Assembly (NCBI GenBank): GCA_023254355.1
Contig: JALRLR010000001.1
Span: forward strand, 2,100-66,099
Direction: 5' to 3'
Source: Poseidonia sp.
Lineage (GTDB): Archaea > Thermoplasmatota > Poseidoniia > Poseidoniales > Poseidoniaceae
Length of the DNA: 64,000 bases
Positions 19,774 through 28,404 of the stretch are shown here, in pieces. Numbering within the stretch: the first letter of the stretch is position 1; each line of letters begins with the position of its first letter. Made by a program: the position numbers and the translations under genes. The notes under the pieces were generated by a model, which saw only the letters and a list, made by a program, of their open reading frames with translations, ran no database searches and was not told the origin of the DNA.

Positions 19774-20544
19774 TCAGAGTAAACTGCGAAGCGCTTCCTT
19801 GTCAAATTGGGAGACCGCTTGCTGATAGGCGTCGTTGACGCTGAACCATCGGGCTTCGGAGATTTCTTCTGTCTGCAGCGACAATTCAGAAAGGTCGCCG
19901 TTCCAAGTTGACCGATACGTCAAGGAAATGAAAGAGATGCCTTCATCGTTGAACACACGTTGCGTGATGACCGGTTCCTTGTCGTCCAAGACGATCTCTA
20001 ACCCTAACTCCTCAAGCGTTTCTCTCACGCACCCGACCGAAGGGTGTTCGTTGTGGTCCAAGTAGCCTCCTGGCAAGGTCCAAAATCCGTTAAAGTGCCC
20101 TCGCTCGACCTTTCCCATCAGCACTTCGCCTGCATCGTTTTGGATCATGACTTTCGCAACCAATCGATGCAGGGAGCGATAGATGGCTTCTCTTGCGACG
20201 GGGTGAACAGCGTTGTCAGCGATGCACGCGTCCTTCCAAGCCCAATGCTTGGGCCACTCCATTTTTGGATAGGCTTTCAGGACGGTGAATTGGGTTGGCC
20301 CGAAGGTGATGCTGAGCGTGTCCTTTTCAACGAACTCAAGGTCCATGGCCTTGACTTCATCAATCGTGGGGAAACGTAGGGGGCTGCTGTCTCTCATTCG
20401 GCCGGGTTGAGGGAGTTGGGGTCCATTTCCGTGTTCGTCCACCAACAACACCTTTCCGTCGTGTTCCAAATACACGGTGACGAAAGGGTGCATGGTTCCC
20501 GCAACTCCCCGATTCACATCAATGCTCGTATCAGGATTGGTCAC
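19774..20544 (-). CDS. NUDIX hydrolase with N-terminal extra domain
   Basis: Nudix box WTLPGGYLDHNEHPSVGCVRETLEELG; EEISEARWF. Confidence 0.88.
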   Translation of the reverse strand: MTNPDTSIDVNRGVAGTMHPFVTVYLEHDGKVLLVDEHGNGPQLPQPGRMRDSSPLRFPTIDEVKAMDLEFVEKDTLSITFGPTQFTVLKAYPKMEWPKHWAWKDACIADNAVHPVAREAIYRSLHRLVAKVMIQNDAGEVLMGKVERGHFNGFWTLPGGYLDHNEHPSVGCVRETLEELGLEIVLDDKEPVITQRVFNDEGISFISLTYRSTWNGDLSELSLQTEEISEARWFSVNDAYQQAVSQFDKEALRSLL

Positions 20545-21745
20545 TGGGGAGCATCGTCACCTCAGACGGCTCTGGGAGTTCTTGCGTGAGGGTTTCCGAG
20601 ACTTTCAGTTCGTCCAATCGGCGACCTTGTGGGAGGACTCGTGATTGGTAGGACCGCATGGTGTCGTTATATGCTAGGGTTGCTTTGGCAAGGTGCCCAC
20701 CCACCTTGTTGTAGTGCTCCACCATCGTGGTAACGCGTTTGTACAACTCTCTCGAGACATCGTAAATCTCTCGTGCGCCCTCCGCAAGGGCGTGCTGTTG
20801 CCAGTACAAGGCGACGGTCCGCAACAAGCCGAGCATCGTGACCGGCGTGGTGACCAGGACCGATTTGCTCATGGCATACTCCATCAAATCCGGGTCCACG
20901 TTGAAGGCAGCGGCGGCCATGGCTTCGCTCGGTACGAACATGACCACATGGTCGAAATGACCCTCAATGGCTTCTTGATACGCCTTGGAACTGAGGTCGG
21001 TGATTCGACTTCGCATACTGCGAGCGTGACGAATGAGCAAATCGTCTTGCTGAGGTCCAGCTTCAAGCGAGACCGCTTCGAGATACGTTCCCCCAACCGC
21101 CTTGGAATCGATGGGGATGACGCCTCCCTCCGGGAGGATGACGACAAAGTCTGGACGGGTGCCGTTATCCAAGGTCGGCTGTTCTTTGAAATTCATGTGT
21201 TCGGAAAGGCCTGCCATTTCAAACAGCCGTCGAAGTTTGACTTCGCCCCAATTTCCTCGCGTCTGGCTCGAGGTGGTGAGGGCCGTCGAAAGCGCCACGG
21301 TGCGTGTGGACAAGGATTCCGTTTTCTCACCGAGTTCCTTGATGTTTCGTCGCAATCCTTCGTACGCTCCCACTCGTTCCTTTTCCATCTCGGTGTTTTG
21401 GTGTTGAAGTTTGGTCAATTCCTCCTGAAGCGGCTTGAGCAGATGCTCAACCTCGTTTTTTCGCTGTTCAAGAGCATGCTCAGCCTCAAGTTGATTCTTT
21501 GACCAACGCTCTTCAGCCAATTTTAGAAAATTGGCGGAATTTTCCTCGCTCAGGCGCTTGGAGAGGTTCTCAACCTCTGCTCGGATGCGTTGTTCGTTGA
21601 TGGCTGATGCCTCTTCGCTTGAGCGAAGACGCTCTTCAGCACGAATCAATTCACCGGCGATGGATTGCCGAGCCATCACCCATCCGATTACTCCGCCAAG
21701 GGCCAATCCAATCAACAACAGACCGTACTCTGTCACTCCCACCAT
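20531..21745 (-). CDS. rmuC: DNA recombination protein RmuC
   Basis: N-terminal TM + coiled coil, RGNWGEVKLRRL, RPDFVVILP..IPIDSK, VMFVPSE, TTPVTMLGLLRTVALYWQQ. Confidence 0.92.
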   Translation of the reverse strand: MVGVTEYGLLLIGLALGGVIGWVMARQSIAGELIRAEERLRSSEEASAINEQRIRAEVENLSKRLSEENSANFLKLAEERWSKNQLEAEHALEQRKNEVEHLLKPLQEELTKLQHQNTEMEKERVGAYEGLRRNIKELGEKTESLSTRTVALSTALTTSSQTRGNWGEVKLRRLFEMAGLSEHMNFKEQPTLDNGTRPDFVVILPEGGVIPIDSKAVGGTYLEAVSLEAGPQQDDLLIRHARSMRSRITDLSSKAYQEAIEGHFDHVVMFVPSEAMAAAAFNVDPDLMEYAMSKSVLVTTPVTMLGLLRTVALYWQQHALAEGAREIYDVSRELYKRVTTMVEHYNKVGGHLAKATLAYNDTMRSYQSRVLPQGRRLDELKVSETLTQELPEPSEVTMLPSDQS

Positions 21746-21824
21746 GAATCGGTAACGATGGCGACCGTATTTGATGAAATCGGGTTCGGTCAAAGTTCAT
21801 AGCAGAACGCCTCATGGGCTGGTT

Positions 21825-22535
21825 ATGCGTTTTGAGCAACTCAATGAAGGCGTTTGGGCCATGACCTACTTGGTGGTGGATGAGGCTTCCAATCAAGCCG
21901 CCCTCATCGACCCCGTCTACGATTACATCGACTCGTACCTTTCGACGCTTGAAAACGATGGCCTAACGCTGACCTACGCCATCGCGACGCACACGCACGC
22001 CGACCACATCACGGCCTGTTTTTCACTCCGAGAAGCGCTGGGTTGTGAATACATCATGTTTCACAATACGGCCAGTTTGGGTGTTTCGACGTACGTTGAA
22101 GACGGTCAAACCCTCCAACTCGGTGACGTTCCGTTTACGTTTCACGCTGCCCCCGGCCATACCAACGATTCCATGATCGTCGAAGTGCCCGGTCACATCA
22201 TGACCGGGGATTTTTTGTTCAACGGCGAAGGTGGGGTTGGTCGGGACGATTTACCGAGTGGCCGAAGCCGAATCCATTGGGAGGCATTGGCGGTCCTGGA
22301 CCGATTTGATGAACAGGTCACCGTCTGTTCCGGTCATGAACCGCCCGGAACTGAAATGCGTCCCCTCGCATGGAACCGTCTTCACAATCCAATCCTCAAG
22401 ATGACGAGTTTCGAAGATTTTGATGCTTGGCAAAACGCTACGGCAGCCGCCTTGGGCGGTGTATCTAAAATCAAAACCGCGATTCCCGCTAACTTGTTCG
22501 CCGAGGTTCCTGAGCGAATTCCATGGTTGGATTAG
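21825..22535 (+). CDS. MBL-fold metallo-hydrolase, ETHE1/persulfide dioxygenase (glyoxalase II)-like
   Basis: TYLV..IDPV, THTHADHIT, APGHT, TGDFLF..GVGRDDL, SGHE. Confidence 0.85.
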   Translation: MRFEQLNEGVWAMTYLVVDEASNQAALIDPVYDYIDSYLSTLENDGLTLTYAIATHTHADHITACFSLREALGCEYIMFHNTASLGVSTYVEDGQTLQLGDVPFTFHAAPGHTNDSMIVEVPGHIMTGDFLFNGEGGVGRDDLPSGRSRIHWEALAVLDRFDEQVTVCSGHEPPGTEMRPLAWNRLHNPILKMTSFEDFDAWQNATAAALGGVSKIKTAIPANLFAEVPERIPWLD

Positions 22536-23695
22536 GTCTTTTTCAACGGATTCACCGGTGCTTGTGTTCCTGCGGGAACGGTTGGCAGGTTTTGCAATTC
22601 TTCAAAGGTTAACTGCTGGGGATTGACCGCTTCAAACGTGGTGAGTCGTTCGTTCATGCCCATTCGAACATTGAAGTCAATGCGCCCCTTCGTCCTCGTC
22701 AAATCGTAGGAAAGCGGTTCGAGATGTTCGATGACTTGCCCTTCGAAATGTTGGCGGACCTTTGCCCCGCGCCACGATGCGTATCCCCACCGGTAGGAGA
22801 TGCCGACCACGGCCGCTCCATACAGCAACGTGAGCACCACCGTTGCGAAGAGGATGGGATTGCCGTCGACGTCCCGTGCCTCTTCGAGCAAGTTCCGGCC
22901 AAGCAAGAAGACCAGCCCGATGCCAACAACGGGGTTCAACACCCCTTCCAGCCACTGGTTGACCGGGACCAAGCGCCCTTTCGAAGGGTCAACGAAGACC
23001 AAATCAGCCTCAAATGCCGTGTTGAGGACCGACAGAATGGAGAGCAGAATCATGTACAGGACGGCCGAGACAATGAATTCAACCGTCCAGGAATCGAGGT
23101 TTAACACCCAGTGGACGATGAGCCAGGCGAACAACCCCAAGAAGGCCGCTTGGGGAACATAATTGAAATGTTCAATGTGTTGTGAAAATTCCGTAAGAGA
23201 ACGTTGGCTCGTACGAGAGCCACGATGAGGTTTCGGAATATGAATGACTTGCCAGTGCATCACGCGTTCGGTTCCCTTGAGCATCCAGATCAAGAAATTC
23301 CGGCGAATGAGCAGAAATTCCATGAACAACATGAACGGAAATCCAACCAGGATCAACGGCAGCGCCATGATGGCCGAAAGGGGCAAGATGAGCAACGCTG
23401 GAAGCAACAGAAAATGCGAGAGCGTTAATGGATGCAACAACTCAGCTTCAATCAGCCGCTGTTTTGCCGGTGGAATCCTCAGGTTGCGTGCAATATCGTC
23501 GAGGTTTTGTGAAAACGAGGCGACTTGGTGCCCAGAATCAACGATTTGACGAACGATGGTTCGGTACTCGGAGACTTCGTGGCCAACACCGACCCAAAAT
23601 TGCCAAGCAAGTCGCATGGGCAGGGCGAGGAGAATGGGCAACGCAAGAATACCAGCGCCCCACAGCAACCCTTGGACATCCGTGGCCATGGTCAT
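22532..23695 (-). CDS. Hypothetical polytopic membrane protein
   Basis: 387-aa ORF with about 7 hydrophobic segments; GAGG RBS-like sequence upstream. Confidence 0.75.
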   Translation of the reverse strand: MTMATDVQGLLWGAGILALPILLALPMRLAWQFWVGVGHEVSEYRTIVRQIVDSGHQVASFSQNLDDIARNLRIPPAKQRLIEAELLHPLTLSHFLLLPALLILPLSAIMALPLILVGFPFMLFMEFLLIRRNFLIWMLKGTERVMHWQVIHIPKPHRGSRTSQRSLTEFSQHIEHFNYVPQAAFLGLFAWLIVHWVLNLDSWTVEFIVSAVLYMILLSILSVLNTAFEADLVFVDPSKGRLVPVNQWLEGVLNPVVGIGLVFLLGRNLLEEARDVDGNPILFATVVLTLLYGAAVVGISYRWGYASWRGAKVRQHFEGQVIEHLEPLSYDLTRTKGRIDFNVRMGMNERLTTFEAVNPQQLTFEELQNLPTVPAGTQAPVNPLKKT

Positions 23696-23790
23696 TCCTC
23701 ATCGTAGGCACGCCTTAGGGGTTGTTCAAAACAACGGTGAGGAACCGCCACCATCCCAAGGTTCTAACACCCTCGTGCCGGGCACGAGGC

Positions 23791-24774
23791 ATGGCTCGTA
23801 TCGCCGTAACGGACGGGATGGATAAAAAGGCGGTCATGTTGTTGGAAAAGGCCGGCCATGAAGTCGTTCTGGAGCACCTTTCACCAGAGGCATTGGCTTC
23901 CGGAGCCCTCTCAGAGTTCGATGCGATCATCATTCGGAGCGCCACCAAACTCACCGCCTCGGTGATGGCCGCTTCAGGTGACCGTTTGAAAGTCATCGGA
24001 CGGGCGGGCGTGGGCGTGGACAACATCGATTTGGAAGCAGCTGGCCAACACGGTGTTCAGGTGGTGAATGCTCCCCTGGCGAGTACCCAATCGGTCGTCG
24101 AGTTGACCCTCGGCCATCTCCTTGCCTGCATTCGACACCTTCCACGGGCCGATCGTTCCATTCGGTCCGGAAAGTGGGAAAAATCAGCCATGAAAGGTTC
24201 GGAACTTTCGGGGAAAGCCTTGGGCTTGATCGGGTACGGGCGCATCGCTCAATCGGTGGCTCGTGTGGCTCAAGCCTTTGGAATGGAGGTTCATGCTTAC
24301 GACCCTTATCTTCCCCCCAAAATCGCCAAAGCCCAGGGGACCACCCTCCACAAATCGGTGGACAACCTGTTTGCCTCATGCACGCACATCTCGATTCACT
24401 GCAACCTCACCGAAGAAACGCATCATTTGGTCAACGCTGAACGCTTGGCGTCCATGCCCCAAATTGGCGTTGACGGGACCCCTTGCGGCAACCACGTCAT
24501 CAACTGCGCCCGCGGAGGCATCGTTGACGAAACAGCGGTTGTCGAAGCCCTTGAAAACGGTCAACTCACCTCAGCGGCGCTCGATGTTTTTGAGCACGAA
24601 CCGGTTGACCCACAGCACCCTCTGCTCCAAATGGAGCATTTTCATGGAACTCCCCACATCGGGGCCTCCACGTTGGAAGCCCAAGCTCGTGTCGGGGCTG
24701 ACATCGTCACCAACGTGATGCAGGTGCTCGAAGGCCAGCCGTGCGACTTTGTCGTCAACCGTTCTTTCCTGTAG
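23791..24774 (+). CDS. serA: D-3-phosphoglycerate dehydrogenase-like D-2-hydroxyacid dehydrogenase (no ACT domain)
   Basis: IRSATK, IGRAGVGVDNID, GLIGYGRIA, INCARGGIVDE, ALDVFEHEP, TPHIGAST.EAQ. Confidence 0.88.
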   Translation: MARIAVTDGMDKKAVMLLEKAGHEVVLEHLSPEALASGALSEFDAIIIRSATKLTASVMAASGDRLKVIGRAGVGVDNIDLEAAGQHGVQVVNAPLASTQSVVELTLGHLLACIRHLPRADRSIRSGKWEKSAMKGSELSGKALGLIGYGRIAQSVARVAQAFGMEVHAYDPYLPPKIAKAQGTTLHKSVDNLFASCTHISIHCNLTEETHHLVNAERLASMPQIGVDGTPCGNHVINCARGGIVDETAVVEALENGQLTSAALDVFEHEPVDPQHPLLQMEHFHGTPHIGASTLEAQARVGADIVTNVMQVLEGQPCDFVVNRSFL

Positions 24775-24775
24775 C

Positions 24776-24788
24776 ACTTTCACTTTCC
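24776..24788 (+). promoter_or_regulatory. Candidate DNA-damage-response box ACTTTCACTTTCC
   Basis: Tandem ACTTTC hexamer 50 nt upstream of the ATG at 24839; resembles the Sulfolobales ANTTTC UV box and the Halobacterium TTTCACTTTCA motif. Confidence 0.55.
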
Positions 24789-24838
24789 AGCACGGGGTCT
24801 TGCCAAAGCACCTCGTCGTCCTTCGCTCTTCGTTGCTT

Positions 24839-25108
24839 ATGGGTCGAAGCGTTCCTCCATGGCGAACACGCGTTGAAGTTGAATTGAACCGTTGGCAGGC
24901 TTACCGTCGTGCCCTCTCCACCACCGATCAGGCCTCGTTTGAACACCTCCTTGACGACATTCGTCAGCGACGTGCAGCCGGCGGTATGCTTCCGTCCCTC
25001 GATGTTTGGCACCCCGCCGTCCTCAGCATGTTGGTGGGATTGATGTCGCGTCTCGGGGAACTGGAGCGGCGGCTTTGTGCACTCGAGGAAGGGCCTTCGG
25101 ATGATTGA
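24839..25108 (+). CDS. Small alpha-helical PolB2 partner protein (arCOG07300/PPB2-like)
   Basis: MGRSVPPWR...RWQAYRRALSTTDQASFEHL..; MGR(T/S) start and W..(F/Y)RRAL..D...F..L pattern typical of the gene preceding polB2; 8-nt overlap with polB2. Confidence 0.85.
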   Translation: MGRSVPPWRTRVEVELNRWQAYRRALSTTDQASFEHLLDDIRQRRAAGGMLPSLDVWHPAVLSMLVGLMSRLGELERRLCALEEGPSDD

Positions 25109-27605
25109 GGGTTGGCTTCTCGATGTTCATACCAACGACACCCACACCGGGATGGTGGTTTGGGTCGTTGATGATGCGGGTCGGGCCGCTCGCTGCGATG
25201 TCCCGTGGGCCCCTTCGCTTCATGTCCATGGCTCGTCGGTTGACCTCCAACGATTGGAAGATTGGCTCTTGTTGCCTGAAATTGCGGCACGGTTCGCCGT
25301 GGTTGCCTTGGAACGACGACGTCTGCATTTGGACTTGGACGGTACCGACGTGGCTTCGGTTCTCGAAGTGCGTCTCGAACCCTTTCATCATCTCAAAGCA
25401 CTGGCCGAGCACATTGAAGCCCGAGGAGATTTCCACCGCTACACCTTGTACTCGGTCGACGCCCACCTCGTTCAGCGCTTTCTCAACGACCACGGCTGCT
25501 CGCCTTTCTCAAGGGTCTGCTGGGACCCGACGACCACGCCCATGATTCGTCCCTTGCGTACGATGGACGAAAACATCCTGCCTCCGTTGTGCCTTGTTCG
25601 CCTCGTGGTTGAGTTCGCCCCCTCAGCCTTTCCCTCCGTGACCGATGCGGTGGTGGCCATGCGTCTTGAAACGGTTCAGGAACCTGGAATCCCAGCCACC
25701 CCTCGTAGCGTTCAAAGCACGACCCTGCAACGAGACGATTATCCAACGCTTTCGGCGATGTTGGTCGCCTTTGAAGCGACGCTCAAGCGCTTGGACCCCG
25801 ATCTCCTTCTCACCTACGGTGGCGACAAACGCCTGTTTCCATGGTTGGTTCATCAATCAGAGGCGTTGGGACGTCCACTCGTGCTTGGACGTTCAGTCAC
25901 GCCGCTGTCTCAGTCCACCAAGGCTCAAACGGTTCGTTCCTACGGTCATACGAGGCACAGGGACGGGGCGTTTTTCCTTGAGGGGCGGCTTCATTTGGAC
26001 CTGCGCAACAGTTTCATCGTCAAGGAAGGGGGAGTTGCGGGGTTGTTTGAGTTGGCCCAACAATCGTGCCAATCGGCCCAAGTCATTTCGCGTCTTTCGC
26101 CGGGTTCGGTCATCAGCGCCATTCAGATGCGGGTGGCGATGGACGATGGCGTGTTGGTTCCGTGGAAGAAGAACCGTCCAGAAGACACGAAATCAGCCTT
26201 GGAACTTCTGCATGCCGACCGTGGAGGTTTGTACCTTGACAGCCGGCCCGGTGTTTATGCTTCCGTCATTGAATTGGATTTTGCCAGCCTCTTTCCCAGC
26301 ATCATCGCCACGCGAAACATTTCTCCCGAGACCTTGAACTGTGCTTGCTGTCAACCGTCGGACGGTCCGAACTCGGTTGGAGTTGTGCCGCTTCATCCAG
26401 ATGAAGCCATCGCTGAGTTTCGCCAGCGAGATCATCGGTCACGGTTTGGCCACACGTTGTTCCCCCTCTCCCACGAGAAAGCGCTCAAAGTTCCTGGCCT
26501 CCAAAGCCATACTTGCGGTCGAAGGCACGGTTTTCTCGGCCGTGTGGTTGCCCCCCTCATCGAACGTCGTCGACAGCTCAAAGCGCAGCGCTGCGAAAAG
26601 GGCGATGCGTTTGACTTGCGGCAAAACGCTCTCAAATGGCTCCTCGTGACTTGTTTTGGTTACACGGGTTACCGCAACGCTCGCTTTGGCCGTATCGAGG
26701 CCCACGAAGCGATTTGTGCGTGGTCCAGGGACCTCTTGTTGACCACCATCGAAGAGGCTCAACGCGACGGGTGGGAGGTGCTCCATGCGATCGTCGATTG
26801 TGTTTGGCTCGCCGATCGTTCCAATCGGACGGAAGAACAGCAGCGTGTGGATGCCGAACGCTTCGCACGTCGCATCACGGAACGGGTTGGCATTCCTTTG
26901 GAATTTGAACAGCATTACGAGTTCATTGCGTTTCTTCCGAGTCGGGTTCACGGGGCAGGTTCGCTCACGAAGTATTGGGCGTACGGTGGAGGCGACTACA
27001 AAGTCCGAGGCATTGAACTCCGGCAACATTCCACGCCTCCGTGGATTTGTTCCCTTCAAGAGCGCGCCCTCCAGTTGTTAGCGGCGGGTGAACGGACCAA
27101 CGGTGTGCCGAATCGCAAGGCTCAGCGAGCGGTGTTTTTGCTGTATCAAGCCGAATTGCAGCGATTGAACGACGGCCAACTTCTTCCCAAGGACTTGGTC
27201 ATCTCCCGTCGAATCACCTCTTCTCTCGAGGATTATCGAGTCAAGAACCTCTCGTATGCAGCCTTGCTCCGTGCCCATCATCAAGGTCAACACGTGCCAC
27301 CCGGGGGAAAAATTCGCTACGTGGTGGTGGACGCTTCGGCAACGGAACCGCTTGACAGGGTGGTTCTCGCCGAGGAAACAGCGTTCAAGGAGGCGACGGT
27401 GACGGGCTGTGCTCATCACTACACGCGCCTCGCCGAGCGTGCCATTTGGGCGATCCTTGCCCCTTTTGGGTGGACGGACAAGGACCTTCGTTCCACGAAC
27501 CGACAACCCACGCTTCTGGATTTTGTCACCCCTCGTTCTGAAGGGCATGAGAGCGCGCTGAAGCAGGCACCGAACGCCCCTCGAATTCACGAGGCGCGAG
27601 GGTGA
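25101..27605 (+). CDS. polB2: Family B DNA polymerase, PolB2 (Dpo2-like) group
   Basis: Motif A ELDFASLFPSII, NISPET, motif B QNALKWLLVTCFGYTGY, FGRIEAHEAI, altered motif C HAIVDCVW, KVRGIELRQ; degenerate exonuclease region. Confidence 0.93.
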   Translation: MIEGWLLDVHTNDTHTGMVVWVVDDAGRAARCDVPWAPSLHVHGSSVDLQRLEDWLLLPEIAARFAVVALERRRLHLDLDGTDVASVLEVRLEPFHHLKALAEHIEARGDFHRYTLYSVDAHLVQRFLNDHGCSPFSRVCWDPTTTPMIRPLRTMDENILPPLCLVRLVVEFAPSAFPSVTDAVVAMRLETVQEPGIPATPRSVQSTTLQRDDYPTLSAMLVAFEATLKRLDPDLLLTYGGDKRLFPWLVHQSEALGRPLVLGRSVTPLSQSTKAQTVRSYGHTRHRDGAFFLEGRLHLDLRNSFIVKEGGVAGLFELAQQSCQSAQVISRLSPGSVISAIQMRVAMDDGVLVPWKKNRPEDTKSALELLHADRGGLYLDSRPGVYASVIELDFASLFPSIIATRNISPETLNCACCQPSDGPNSVGVVPLHPDEAIAEFRQRDHRSRFGHTLFPLSHEKALKVPGLQSHTCGRRHGFLGRVVAPLIERRRQLKAQRCEKGDAFDLRQNALKWLLVTCFGYTGYRNARFGRIEAHEAICAWSRDLLLTTIEEAQRDGWEVLHAIVDCVWLADRSNRTEEQQRVDAERFARRITERVGIPLEFEQHYEFIAFLPSRVHGAGSLTKYWAYGGGDYKVRGIELRQHSTPPWICSLQERALQLLAAGERTNGVPNRKAQRAVFLLYQAELQRLNDGQLLPKDLVISRRITSSLEDYRVKNLSYAALLRAHHQGQHVPPGGKIRYVVVDASATEPLDRVVLAEETAFKEATVTGCAHHYTRLAERAIWAILAPFGWTDKDLRSTNRQPTLLDFVTPRSEGHESALKQAPNAPRIHEARG

Positions 27606-28308
27606 ACCGCGTCTGCCTTGGGTCGTGGTTAGCATTCCAGAGCCCGCGCAACCCGGAACGTGGATGATTGAGGTAGAGGGTCCGTTTTCGTCGCGTCCCT
27701 CGCCAGTGACCCACGAGGTGGTGATGGGCATGTCGGTGAACCTGCTGGAGGAGGCGGCGCTGATGGACGGTCCGTCCGTGGGCTTCCGTGATCACGACGA
27801 CAGCGGCTCGATGATGTTGGGCGAGCCGGGACAGCAGGGCGATGTGGCGCCTGAGCAAGGTCCTCGATTCAAGGCGCTTGATGGCCTCGTCTTCATGCAT
27901 GGCCAGCAAACCGTCAACCACGAGCAACGGCGAACGGGTGATCTCCAATTCGTGGGGTAAACGTTCCAGTTGCCGGTCCAGTTGGTGCAAGGTGAATCCA
28001 CGACTCAAGTACAAACGAGAAAGACAGGCCTCCGTATCGGCTCCCAACGATGCGAGGGTTGGGAGGAGTCGAGCGGGGTCAATTCTGCAGGCTCCGTCCA
28101 CCCAATGAACGGTTTCACCGTGGACCAACGCTTCGGCCACCCAGTGTTCTGCGACGGGTCGCATGCTTTTCCCAGCACGACCCGGCCCGGTGAGGTGGTA
28201 AAGAAGGCCCGGCTCAGGTCGCAGCAAATCCAGGTCAAACCCCTCGTGCTGCTGCCGAAGAAGCGGGGCCAAAGGTTGTGGTTGATTTTGGGAGTCCATG
28301 TCAATCAT
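27526..28308 (-). CDS. RadA/Rad51-like (ImuA-like) P-loop protein
   Basis: YHLTGPGRAGKS (Walker A), VHWVDG...IDP, LSRLYLSRGFTLHQL (Rad51-like), LLVVDGL (Walker B), AAVVVIT. Confidence 0.85.
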   Translation of the reverse strand: MIDMDSQNQPQPLAPLLRQQHEGFDLDLLRPEPGLLYHLTGPGRAGKSMRPVAEHWVAEALVHGETVHWVDGACRIDPARLLPTLASLGADTEACLSRLYLSRGFTLHQLDRQLERLPHELEITRSPLLVVDGLLAMHEDEAIKRLESRTLLRRHIALLSRLAQHHRAAVVVITEAHGRTVHQRRLLQQVHRHAHHHLVGHWRGTRRKRTLYLNHPRSGLRGLWNANHDPRQTRFTLAPREFEGRSVPASARSHALQNEG

Positions 28309-28354
28309 TGAAGGTCCCCCTCGTCAGCCATCAATCCTTTTCAACACCCCTCGC

Positions 28355-28367
28355 TTGAAGTGAAAGC
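28355..28367 (-). promoter_or_regulatory. Second candidate damage-response box GCTTTCACTTCAA
   Basis: Shares CTTTCACTT with the 24776 box and lies 46 nt upstream of the radA-like ATG (28308) in the same orientation as the gene. Confidence 0.45.
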
Positions 28368-28404
28368 CATCAAGTTCAAACACCGCTGCCCCCGAAATTT
28401 GGGT

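Noticed and set aside
21770..21780. TTTCATCAAA on the minus strand upstream of rmuC as a third damage box
   Set aside because: Only a TTTCA half match and at a different distance from the start; too weak.
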